Shown: positions 43,810-51,635 of the stretch, one piece after another
Layout: each line of letters begins with the position of its first letter
How positions within the stretch are numbered: the stretch's first letter is position 1
Assembly: GCA_003134035.1 (NCBI GenBank)
Contig: PLAE01000249.1
Coordinates: forward strand, 2,964-66,963
Origin: Vulcanimicrobiota bacterium
GTDB lineage: Bacteria > Vulcanimicrobiota > Vulcanimicrobiia > Vulcanimicrobiales > Vulcanimicrobiaceae
Length of the DNA: 64,000 nucleotides
Reading direction: 5' to 3'
Notes under the pieces: generated by a model
Database searches by the model: none
What the model was told of the DNA's origin: nothing
Seen by the model: only the letters and a program-made list of their open reading frames with translations
Made by a program: the position numbers and the translations under genes

Positions 43810-45591
43810 TCAATGCGAGTCGCGCGGAACGCCCATGGTGTGGGTCACGTCGCGGAAAGCCACGGCTGGTTCGAGACAGCCGCCGGTTTCGAGCTGGCCG
43901 ACTTCCTCGCGATAGATTTGCTGCCAGGGCGTCTGGTTTTTCAGCAGCGGCGGTTTCCACGCTCCCCGGCGAGCAGCGATCTCGCTGTCGGGCAGCAGGA
44001 GGTTCACTTCGCGCTTGACGAGATCGATGCGCAATCGGTCGCCGGTGTGCAGCAGTGCGAGTCCGCCGCCGACCGCGGCTTCGGGCGAGACGTGCAGGAT
44101 CGACGGGCTCGCCGACGTTCCGCTCTGCCGCCCGTCGCCCATCGTCGGCAGATTTAGAATGCCGCGCTTGACCAGCGCGTCGGGCGGGGTCATGTTCACC
44201 ACTTCGGCTGAGCCGGGGAAACCGACCGGGCCGCAGTTGCGGATGACGAGGATCGCGTGGTCGTCGATTTCGAGCGCCGGATCGTTGATGCGCTCGTGAT
44301 AGTCTTCGGGCCCCTCGAAGACGATCGCCCGCGCCACGTAGGCGTTCGGATCGGCCGGATCGCTGAGATGACGCTGGCGAAAGTCCGCGCTGATCACGCT
44401 CGTCTTCATGATCGCCGAGTCGAAAAAATTGCCCCGCAGGACCAGAAAGCCGGCTTCTTCGACGAGCGGATCGCTGAAGGGCCGGATGACGGCGTGGTTG
44501 GTGCTGCGCGCCGCACCGACGTTTTCGCCGACGCTGCGCCCGGTGACCGTCAGCGCTTGGGGATGCAGTTTACCGGCCGCGAAGAGTTCGCCCATCACCG
44601 CGGGCACGCCGCCGGCGCGATGGTAGCCCTCACCTAAATATTCGCCCGCCGGCTGGCAATTGACGAGCAGCGGTATGGGGTGGCCGAGCCGCTGCCAATC
44701 GTCGAGATCGAGCGCAACGCCGATGTGGCGGGCGATCGCGATGAGATGCGGCACGCAATTCGTCGAGCCGCCGATCGCCGCTGCGACGACGATCGCGTTC
44801 TCGAATGCGGCGCGCGTCATGATCTTGGCCGGCGTAAGATCCTCGAGCACCATGTCGACGATCCGGCGCCCGGTCTCGTACGCGATCTGCCCGCGTTCGC
44901 GATACGGCGCCGGGATCGCCGCGCAGCCGGGCAACGACATCCCGAGCGCCTCGGCGAGCGAGTTCATCGACGTCGCCGTGCCCATCGTATTGCAGTGTCC
45001 GGCGCTGGGCGTTGACGAAGCGACAAGGTCGATGAATTGCTCGCTGTCGATCTTCCCCGCCGCCAGCAGTTCGCGCGCTTCCCAGACGATCGTCCCCGAT
45101 CCGGCGAGACGGTTCTGGTAGTGGCCGTCGAGCATCGGGCCGCCGGAGAGGACGATCGCCGGCAACCCGACGGTCCCGGCCGCCATCAGTGCCGCGGGTG
45201 TCGTCTTATCGCAGCCCGTCGTGAGCACGACGCCGTCGAGCGGGTAGCCGTAGAGAACCTCGACCAAACCCAAGTACGCCAGATTCCGGTCGAGCGCCGC
45301 GGTCGGCCGTTTGCCGGTCTCTTGCAGCGGATGGACGGGGAACTCCATCGGCACGCCGCCCGCCGCGCGGATGCCGTCGCGCACGCGTTCGGCGAGTTGG
45401 ATATGGTGCCGGTTGCACGGCACCAGGTCGTTGCCGGTTTGGGCGATCCCGATGATCGGCTTGCCGGACTGCAGTTCGCCGCGGGTCAACCCATAGTTCA
45501 GAAAGCGCTCCAAATAGAGCGCGGTCATGCTCGGGTTATGCGAATTGGTGAACCACTGCCGGCTGCGCAGCGTCGGGTTGGCGTCGCTCAT
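43810..45591 (-). CDS. IlvD/Edd family dehydratase (sugar-acid dehydratase type)
   Basis: ORF trimmed to ATG 45591 (MSDANPTLRS). 'TTGCDKTTPA' and 'GHCNTMGTA' are present. The N-terminus resembles arabonate/xylonate dehydratases more than IlvD. Confidence 0.88.
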   Translation of the reverse strand: MSDANPTLRSRQWFTNSHNPSMTALYLERFLNYGLTRGELQSGKPIIGIAQTGNDLVPCNRHHIQLAERVRDGIRAAGGVPMEFPVHPLQETGKRPTAALDRNLAYLGLVEVLYGYPLDGVVLTTGCDKTTPAALMAAGTVGLPAIVLSGGPMLDGHYQNRLAGSGTIVWEARELLAAGKIDSEQFIDLVASSTPSAGHCNTMGTATSMNSLAEALGMSLPGCAAIPAPYRERGQIAYETGRRIVDMVLEDLTPAKIMTRAAFENAIVVAAAIGGSTNCVPHLIAIARHIGVALDLDDWQRLGHPIPLLVNCQPAGEYLGEGYHRAGGVPAVMGELFAAGKLHPQALTVTGRSVGENVGAARSTNHAVIRPFSDPLVEEAGFLVLRGNFFDSAIMKTSVISADFRQRHLSDPADPNAYVARAIVFEGPEDYHERINDPALEIDDHAILVIRNCGPVGFPGSAEVVNMTPPDALVKRGILNLPTMGDGRQSGTSASPSILHVSPEAAVGGGLALLHTGDRLRIDLVKREVNLLLPDSEIAARRGAWKPPLLKNQTPWQQIYREEVGQLETGGCLEPAVAFRDVTHTMGVPRDSH

Positions 45592-45627
45592 CGTGCTCCT
45601 CGCGCGGCGTGCGCGCATCCGATGAGG

Positions 45628-46026
45628 TTACGCCGAATGCGGCTCGAATTCCAGCGCCAGGGAGTTGATGCAATAACGCTGGCCCGTCGGCGCCGGACCA
45701 TCGTCGAAAACGTGGCCGAGATGCGAGCCGCACGGCTTGCAGCGCACTTCCGTCCGCACCATGCCGTGCGAGCGATCCGCGACCAATTCGACGTTTTCCG
45801 CATCGCCGGGCGCAAAAAAGCTCGGCCAGCCGCTGCCGCTTTCGTACTTGGCATCCGACGAGAAAAGCAACGCCTTACAAGCCCCGCAATGATACGTGCC
45901 GGTCGCTTTGTTGTGGTAGAGTTCGCCGCTGAAGGGACGCTCGGTGGCGGCTTGCCGCAAAACCGCAAACTTCTCGGCGGGGAGTTCTTCGCGCCATTGC
46001 GCGTCGGTTTTCTTCACACTGATCAC
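45628..46026 (-). CDS. msrB: Peptide-methionine (R)-S-oxide reductase
   Basis: 'CGAC...', 'SGSGWPSF' and 'CKPCGSHLGHVF...RYCINS' are present. Confidence 0.9.
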   Translation of the reverse strand: MISVKKTDAQWREELPAEKFAVLRQAATERPFSGELYHNKATGTYHCGACKALLFSSDAKYESGSGWPSFFAPGDAENVELVADRSHGMVRTEVRCKPCGSHLGHVFDDGPAPTGQRYCINSLALEFEPHSA

Positions 46027-46150
46027 GGTCTACAAAACGTCACCGCCGCCGCGGCGGTTTCGGCACGTCGGGGCCGGGGGCGCTGCGGGTGTGGGCGGCA
46101 GCGAGAAAGCAGCTTGGCGCTTGGCGTTTGCCGTCAGGTGAACGTTCGCG

Positions 46151-46963
46151 TTATCGGTGAGCCGCCAGCCGCCGGGCGAACGTCAATGCGATTGCAATCG
46201 CAGCCAACGTCCCCGCCAGGGTGAACGCGGCAACGATTTGCGCGTCGTCGTAGAGGTTGGAAATTTGCAGCGAGACCGTGTCGGTCAAACCGCGAATGCG
46301 CCCCGAGATGACCGCGACGGCGCCGAATTCGCCCATCGCGCGCGCGTTGCAGAGCAGCACGCCGCTGACGAATGCGCTCCGGATGGACGGAAAGGTGACC
46401 CGCCGGAACGCCTGCCAGGTGCTCGCGCCGAGCGCGATCGCCGCTTCCTCGAGTTCGCGACCTTGATCGCTCATGAGCGCGATCAGTTCGCGCGCCACGT
46501 ACGGAAACGTCACGAAGATCGTCGCGATCACGATTCCCGGCCGGGCGAAGGCGATCGGGACGCCGTGGTGCGCAAACCAGGCGCCCAACGGCGAGCGCGT
46601 ACCGAACGTCAAGAGCAGCGCGAGGCCCGCGACGACCGGCGAGACGGTCAGCGGGAGATCGATGAGCGCCTGCAGCGCCGCTTTGCCCGGGAAGCGATAC
46701 TTCGTGAGCGTCCAGGCGGCAATCAGACCGAAGGCCGCGTTGAACGCCACGGCGATTGCCGCGGCAACGATCGTGAGCCAGATGGCCGCTTGCGACTCGC
46801 GGTCGGCGAACGTCGCGAGCAGCGGACCAATGCCGGACCGTCCGGCTTCGTAGACGATCTGGGCGACCGGCGCAAGGATGAAGACGATCAGCAGCAGTCC
46901 GGCCAGGCCGATCGCTGCGGCGCCCCGGCCGAACCCGGGCCGGCGGGTGCCGGTCGCGGTCAC
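46151..46963 (-). CDS. cysW: Sulfate ABC transporter permease CysW
   Basis: This is the C-terminal ~270 codons of ORF 46151..47419, with the permease EAA loop 'EEAAIALGASTWQAFRRVTFP'. GTG 46963 start is uncertain. Confidence 0.8.
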   Translation of the reverse strand: MTATGTRRPGFGRGAAAIGLAGLLLIVFILAPVAQIVYEAGRSGIGPLLATFADRESQAAIWLTIVAAAIAVAFNAAFGLIAAWTLTKYRFPGKAALQALIDLPLTVSPVVAGLALLLTFGTRSPLGAWFAHHGVPIAFARPGIVIATIFVTFPYVARELIALMSDQGRELEEAAIALGASTWQAFRRVTFPSIRSAFVSGVLLCNARAMGEFGAVAVISGRIRGLTDTVSLQISNLYDDAQIVAAFTLAGTLAAIAIALTFARRLAAHR

Positions 46964-46983
46964 GCGCGGGTTTGCGGCGAGGA

Positions 46984-47808
46984 TTACAGCGTCGTCCGCG
47001 CCAGCGTCATGCGGCGCTGGAACCCGTTGATCGCGAGCAGCATCGCGAACGACACCGCGAGCAGCACGACGGCGATCGCCGCGGCACCGGCATAATCGTA
47101 CTCTTCGAGCCGGGTCACGATGAGCAGCGGCGCGATCTCGGTGCGGCCCGGAATATTGCCCGCGATGAAGATGACCGACCCGTATTCGCCCAGCGTGCGT
47201 GCCAGCGCGAGCGTGAACGCGGTGAGCAGCGCCGGGCCCAGCAGCGGCAGGGTGACACGCCAAAAGGTCGTCCACTCGCCCGCGCCCAGCGACGCGGCCG
47301 CCTCGCTGAATGCCGCGGGCAATTGGGCCAGCGGCTCTTGAACCGTTCGAACGACGAAGGGAAAGGCGACGAACGTCAGCGCGACCACGATTCCGAGCTG
47401 GGTGTTCGCGACGTGCCACCCGTGCGCCTCGAGCCAGGCGCCGAAGGCGCCGTGCGCGCCGTACAGCACGGCGAGTGCGATGCCCGTGACCGACGGCGGC
47501 AGCGCGAACGGGATGTCGATGAGCGCGTCGAGCGCGGCTCGGCCCGGGAAGCGGTAGCGCGCCAGGACCCAGGCCACGTAGAGGCCGGCGAACACATCGA
47601 CGATCGAGGCCCCGAGCGCGCTCCCGACGGTCAGCCGCAACGCCGCGAGCGCGCGCGGTGTGAGAACGGCGCCGGCGAACGTCGCGGGGGTCGTGCCGTG
47701 CAGTGCGAGCACCAGCGAGGCCAGCGGCAGGATCACCACGGCCGCGACGAGGACGAGCGTCGTTCCAAGCAGCAGCGGCCGACCGCCGATGGGGTCGCGG
47801 CGCCTCAC
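46984..47808 (-). CDS. cysT: Sulfate ABC transporter permease CysT
   Basis: These are the last 274 codons of ORF 46984..49278. GTG 47808 overlaps the sbp stop (GTGA). '[21 protein letters not shown]' is present. Confidence 0.85.
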   Translation of the reverse strand: MRRRDPIGGRPLLLGTTLVLVAAVVILPLASLVLALHGTTPATFAGAVLTPRALAALRLTVGSALGASIVDVFAGLYVAWVLARYRFPGRAALDALIDIPFALPPSVTGIALAVLYGAHGAFGAWLEAHGWHVANTQLGIVVALTFVAFPFVVRTVQEPLAQLPAAFSEAAASLGAGEWTTFWRVTLPLLGPALLTAFTLALARTLGEYGSVIFIAGNIPGRTEIAPLLIVTRLEEYDYAGAAAIAVVLLAVSFAMLLAINGFQRRMTLARTTL

Positions 47809-48812
47809 TTTCCCGAGATCTGGTCGAAGACGCCGCCGTCGGCGAAAAAGCGGGCTTGGGCGCTGTTCCAGCCGCCGAAGCTGGCGATCGTTACGAGGTC
47901 CGTGCGCGGAAACGACGTGCCGCACGAGCCGAGCACGGCCGTGAGCGTCGGGCGATACCCGAACTTGCAGGCCAGCCGCTGCGCCGCCGGCGTGTAGAGA
48001 AACTCCAGGTAGGCTTTGGCGGCGGCGGCCGTGCCGTGGCGTTGCACGTTGGCATCGACCCAGGCGACGGACGGTTCGGCCAAGATGCTGACCGACGGGA
48101 CGACGATCTCGTACGCGCCGGGCTGCGCTTGGGTGATGAAGTGGGCCTCGTTCTCCCAGGCCACGAGCACGTCGCCGATGCCGCGCTCGACGAACGTCGT
48201 GGTGGACCCGCGCGCACCGCTGTCGAGGACGCCGACGTTCTTGTAGAGCGCCGTGACGAACTCGCGCGCTTTGGCATCGTCGTTGTGGTTGCGCTTGAGC
48301 GCATAGGCGTACGCGGCCAAGAAATTCCAGCGCGCGCCGCCGCCCGTCTTCGGGTTGGCGGTGACGACGCCGATTCCGGGTGCGACGACGTCGTTCCAAT
48401 CGCGGATGTGTTTGGGGTTGCCTTTCCGCACGACGAGCACGATCGTCGACGTGTACGGGCTGGAGTCGTGCGGCAGCCGGCTTTCCCAGTCGGTTGCGAT
48501 CGCGCCGCTCTTCTTGGCGATCGCGTCGATGTCGTAGGCTAGAGCCAGCGTCACCACGTCGGCGTCGAGCCCCTCGATCACGGCGCGCGCCTGCGCGCCC
48601 GAACCGCCGTGCGACTGGTTCACCGTCACCGTTTGACCGGTCTTCGACTTCCAATAGGCCGCGAAAAGCGGGTTGAAGGCGGCATAGAATTCGCGCGTCG
48701 GATCGTACGATACGTTGAGCAGCGTGAGGTTGGGCGAATCGGCGGCGCCAACCGGCGCGGCGAGCATGAGGAGGATCGCGATGAGGGCCGCGGCGCGGCT
48801 GCGGTTCGGCAT
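47805..48812 (-). CDS. Sulfate/thiosulfate-binding protein
   Basis: Signal peptide plus '[13 protein letters not shown]' and '[13 protein letters not shown]', typical of Sbp/CysP. Confidence 0.88.
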   Translation of the reverse strand: MPNRSRAAALIAILLMLAAPVGAADSPNLTLLNVSYDPTREFYAAFNPLFAAYWKSKTGQTVTVNQSHGGSGAQARAVIEGLDADVVTLALAYDIDAIAKKSGAIATDWESRLPHDSSPYTSTIVLVVRKGNPKHIRDWNDVVAPGIGVVTANPKTGGGARWNFLAAYAYALKRNHNDDAKAREFVTALYKNVGVLDSGARGSTTTFVERGIGDVLVAWENEAHFITQAQPGAYEIVVPSVSILAEPSVAWVDANVQRHGTAAAAKAYLEFLYTPAAQRLACKFGYRPTLTAVLGSCGTSFPRTDLVTIASFGGWNSAQARFFADGGVFDQISGK

Positions 48813-48818
48813 CTGCGC

Positions 48819-49796
48819 CTAGCTCGCCGCCGCGAACGAGTGCGCGTGGCGCGGCGAGAGAAAGATGCGGCTGCCGGGGCGCGGTTCCAGCCGCTGCGCT
48901 TCGACGTCGCTGATCTCGGCGTTGACGGTTTGGCCATCGTCGGTATACACGTCGAGCGCGACCCGCCAGCCCAACGCGGCGACTCGCCGTACCACGCCGG
49001 GAAGCGAACCGGCAAAGGGCCGGTCGTCCACGACGAACTCGTGCGGCCGCACGTAGACCGCCAAGTGGTCCGCGCCCTGCAGCAGGTTCGCGTTGCCGAA
49101 GAAGCGCATCGCAAACGGCGTTTGTGGCGCGGCATATAACTCGCTGGGCGTCCCGGTTTGCACGATCCGTCCGTCTTCGAGCAGCACGATCCGGTCGGCG
49201 AGTTCCATCGCTTCGTCGGCGTCGTGCGTGACGAGGATCGTCGTCACGTGGGTGCGCTCGTGCAATTCGCGCAGCCAAGCCCGCAGTTCGCGCCGCACGT
49301 GCAGATCGAGGGCGGCAAACGGTTCGTCGAGCAGCAAGATCGACGGTTCGGCGGCCAGCGCGCGGGCCAGCGCGACGCGCTGCCGCTGTCCGCCGGAGAG
49401 TTCGCGCGGCAGCCGCGCGCCGTAGCCGTCGAGTCGCACGAGTGCGAGCAGTTCGGCGACGCGGCGCGCGGTTTGCTCACGCTGCGTTCCGCGCACGTCG
49501 AGCGCGAAGCCGACGTTCTGGGCGACCGTCATGTGCGGGAAGAGCGCGTAGTGCTGGGCGACGAAACCGATGCCGCGCTTGCGGGCGGGGACGTTCGAGA
49601 CGTCGCTGCCGTCGATCCGGATCAACCCCGCATCGGCGTGATCGAAGCCGGCGATGATGCGCAGCAGCGTCGATTTCCCGCACCCCGACGGCCCGAGCAA
49701 CGCGACGAGCGTGTTGCGTTCGATGGTGACGTCGATGTCGCTCAGCGCGCGCACCGGACCGTGCGACTTGGCGACGCCCGCGAGGACGATGCTCAT
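48819..49796 (-). CDS. cysA: Sulfate ABC transporter ATP-binding protein
   Basis: Walker A 'GPSGCGKST', signature 'LSGGQRQR' and Walker B 'LLLDEP' are present, with a TOBE-like C-terminus. Confidence 0.88.
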   Translation of the reverse strand: MSIVLAGVAKSHGPVRALSDIDVTIERNTLVALLGPSGCGKSTLLRIIAGFDHADAGLIRIDGSDVSNVPARKRGIGFVAQHYALFPHMTVAQNVGFALDVRGTQREQTARRVAELLALVRLDGYGARLPRELSGGQRQRVALARALAAEPSILLLDEPFAALDLHVRRELRAWLRELHERTHVTTILVTHDADEAMELADRIVLLEDGRIVQTGTPSELYAAPQTPFAMRFFGNANLLQGADHLAVYVRPHEFVVDDRPFAGSLPGVVRRVAALGWRVALDVYTDDGQTVNAEISDVEAQRLEPRPGSRIFLSPRHAHSFAAAS

Positions 49797-50335
49797 GCCG
49801 CGACGGCCGCGCCGAGGTATCCGGCGCTTTGGAGATGTTCGAGGATCGCCGCAACGCTCTGAGCGACGGTTTGACCACGGCTGTCGACGATCACCTCGGG
49901 TGTCGCCGGCTCTTCGTACGGATCGTTCACTCCGGTAAAATGGGCGATCTCGCCGCGCAGGGCTCGCGCGTAAAGGCCCTTGGGGTCGCGCCGAGCGAGT
50001 TCGTCGAGCGGGCAGCGCACATAGACCTCGACAAAATCGCCGATCGTCGCGCGGGCGGCCTCGCGAGCGGCGGCATAGGGCGAAATCGCCGCCGTAATTG
50101 CGATGACGCCGTTGCGCGTCAACAGCTTGGCGACGAAAGCGATTCGCGCGATATTGGTGTCACGGTCCGCGCGGGAAAAGCCCAGATCGGCCGAGAGGTA
50201 TTCACGCACTTCATCGCCGTCGAGGATCTCGACGGCCCGGCCGCGGGCCACCAACTCGTCGCGCAACTGCCCCGCAATCGTCGATTTTCCCGCGCCGGAC
50301 AGCCCGGTCAGCCAGATCGTCACACCCTGCGGCAC
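49793..50335 (-). CDS. cysC: Adenylylsulfate (APS) kinase
   Basis: 'WLTGLSGAGKSTIA', 'LDGDEVR' and 'RADRDTNI' are present. Start is GTG 50335, and the 3' end overlaps cysA by 4 nt. Confidence 0.9.
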   Translation of the reverse strand: MPQGVTIWLTGLSGAGKSTIAGQLRDELVARGRAVEILDGDEVREYLSADLGFSRADRDTNIARIAFVAKLLTRNGVIAITAAISPYAAAREAARATIGDFVEVYVRCPLDELARRDPKGLYARALRGEIAHFTGVNDPYEEPATPEVIVDSRGQTVAQSVAAILEHLQSAGYLGAAVAA

Positions 50336-50337
50336 CG

Positions 50338-50994
50338 TCAGATCTCCTTGCTTTCACTTGGGTCGACTTTGCTTTCAACTGGATCAACGTTTGTCTTGAG
50401 TAATTCCGGATAGTGCAAACCGCATTCGGTCTTCGCGAATCCGGCCCAGCGGCCGGCGCGCGCATCCTCGCCCGGCTGCACACGACGCGTGCAGGGGACG
50501 CAGCCGATGCTGGCATAGCCGGCATCCGTGAGCGGGTTGTGCGGAATATCGTTCGCGTCGGCGTATGCGGCGATGTCGAGGTCGCTCCACGACGCCAGCG
50601 GGCTGACCTTGAGGAGATTCGAGCCGGCGTCCCAAGCGACGCTCCGCACGGCTTGGCGAGTCGCAATCGTCGTCTGGTGCAGGCCGGTGATCCACGCATC
50701 GTAGTTGGCCAAGAATGCCCGCTGGGGCGCGACCTTGCGCATCGCACAGCAAGCGTCGGGATCGCGCTCCCAGAGCGCTTCGCCGTGCCGGCGCGCCTGA
50801 TCGACGAGCGAGAGTTCGGGCTGCACACCCGTTACCGCGATGCCGTAACGCTCCTCGACTCGCCGGATGAATGCGTAGGTCTCCGCAAACAACAGGCCCG
50901 TGTCGAGGTAGTAAACCGGCAGCTTGGGTTCGATGCGCAGCGCCATGTCGAGCAAAACCAGACCGCCCAAGCCGCCGAAGGAAGCGGCTAGCAC
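50338..50994 (-). CDS. cysH: Fe-S type APS/PAPS reductase (the true N-terminus probably lies upstream, near 51075)
   Basis: 'SFGG', the 'CC' pair in 'DPDACCAMRKV', 'GCVPCT' and 'ECGLH' are present. In-frame conserved sequence 'AEATLHWALRTYRERI' lies upstream of the first canonical start, GTG 50994. Confidence 0.85.
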   Translation of the reverse strand: MLAASFGGLGGLVLLDMALRIEPKLPVYYLDTGLLFAETYAFIRRVEERYGIAVTGVQPELSLVDQARRHGEALWERDPDACCAMRKVAPQRAFLANYDAWITGLHQTTIATRQAVRSVAWDAGSNLLKVSPLASWSDLDIAAYADANDIPHNPLTDAGYASIGCVPCTRRVQPGEDARAGRWAGFAKTECGLHYPELLKTNVDPVESKVDPSESKEI

Positions 50995-51116
50995 GATGCG
51001 CTCGCGATAGGTGCGCAGCGCCCAATGCAGCGTCGCTTCGGCGGAATCGATCGTGGGGGACGGCGAGGTGATGATGGCGGGCCTCTTGGGGAGCGTCGCT
51101 GCCGCGGACGGAGCGC

Positions 51117-51153
51117 GGAAAGAAAAGAAGCCTCGCCGGGCCGGCGAGGCTTC
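51117..51153 (-). terminator. Intrinsic terminator / attenuator in the cysH leader
   Basis: Minus strand reads GAAGCCTCGCC-GGCCC-GGCGAGGCTTC (11-bp stem) followed by TTTTCTTT. It lies about 40 nt upstream of cysH coding sequence. Confidence 0.7.
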
Positions 51154-51195
51154 ATCTCACGAACGTTTTGGCAGACGTTTTATCGCGTGACGAAC

Positions 51196-51258
51196 TTATG
51201 CCGGTCCGACGGAATCGCCGAAGCAACGACATGGGCAACAGCATAATACGTACTGCAT
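51196..51258 (-). CDS. Poly-cysteine mini-ORF (MQYVLCCCPCRCFGDSVGPA), putative Cys-sensing leader peptide
   Basis: 20 codons, with 5 Cys among 7 consecutive codons. The ATG lies 7 nt after the -10 element, suggesting a leaderless mRNA. It sits between the promoter and the terminator. Confidence 0.55.
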   Translation of the reverse strand: MQYVLCCCPCRCFGDSVGPA

Positions 51259-51265
51259 CGGCTCG

Positions 51266-51294
51266 ACCATACCACGGTGCGCACTTGCCGTCAA
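51266..51294 (-). promoter_or_regulatory. Promoter of the cys leader/operon
   Basis: Minus strand reads TTGACG, 17 nt, TATGGT. Confidence 0.5.
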
Positions 51295-51326
51295 TCGTGA
51301 AAGGCAGTGCGGGCAGCGCGGCTTCC

Positions 51327-51356
51327 TTGACGGTTTCCCCGGAATCGTGGTACCGT
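51327..51356 (+). promoter_or_regulatory. Possible promoter of the sir leader
   Basis: TTGACG, 18 nt, TACCGT (weak -10). It lies back to back with the minus-strand promoter. Confidence 0.3.
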
Positions 51357-51365
51357 CCACGCGAT

Positions 51366-51449
51366 ATGACGCAACCGCCCTTTGGCTGTCCGCGTTTGGG
51401 TTGTTGTCGCGTAATGCGGCGGCGTGTCATGTCGGCTTTGTTGCCCTGA
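51366..51449 (+). CDS. Cys-containing mini-ORF (MTQPPFGCPRLGCCRVMRRRVMSALLP), possible leader peptide
   Basis: 27 codons with 3 Cys, including a CC pair. It starts about 10 nt after the candidate -10 and ends 19 nt before a terminator-like hairpin. Confidence 0.4.
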   Translation: MTQPPFGCPRLGCCRVMRRRVMSALLP

Positions 51450-51467
51450 GGGCCGCCGTCGACATGA

Positions 51468-51505
51468 ACCTCCGCCGATGTCCGGCGAAGGTTCTTTTTC
51501 TTGTT
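51468..51505 (+). terminator. Terminator-like hairpin in the sir leader
   Basis: ACCTCCGCCG-ATGTC-CGGCGAAGGT (9 bp with 1 mismatch) followed by TCTTTTTCTTGTT. It lies about 120 nt upstream of the sir ATG. Confidence 0.55.
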
Positions 51506-51605
51506 CCCGGCCCCGCTATTCGGCAACCGCCCCTGCCGGCTACGTTCTGAATCGCCCGATACCTCGCAGTCACGGCGCCGATCCATCACGAGGTCTTGTT
51601 AAGGT

Positions 51606-51635
51606 CTTCCATGAGCAAACTTCCATGAGCAAACT
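51606..51635 (+). repeat. Perfect 14-nt tandem duplication spanning the sir start codon
   Basis: TTCCATGAGCAAAC occurs at 51607..51620 and again at 51621..51634. Confidence 0.9.

Noticed and set aside
47809-49278. N-terminal ~490 codons of the 764-codon ORF 46984..49278 (likewise the upstream parts of ORFs 5109..6869, 46151..47419, 56671..57897 and 57561..58469).
   Set aside because: Only the C-terminal parts match CysT, the SBP, CysW, RluD and LspA. The upstream parts run out of frame over sbp/cysA and other real genes and are low-complexity. I trimmed them to internal starts that overlap the upstream stops.
51152-51589. 145-codon minus-strand ORF spanning the whole divergent cys control region.
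   Set aside because: It has no family resemblance and crosses both promoters, both mini-ORFs and the plus-strand terminator. The region is better explained as regulatory.
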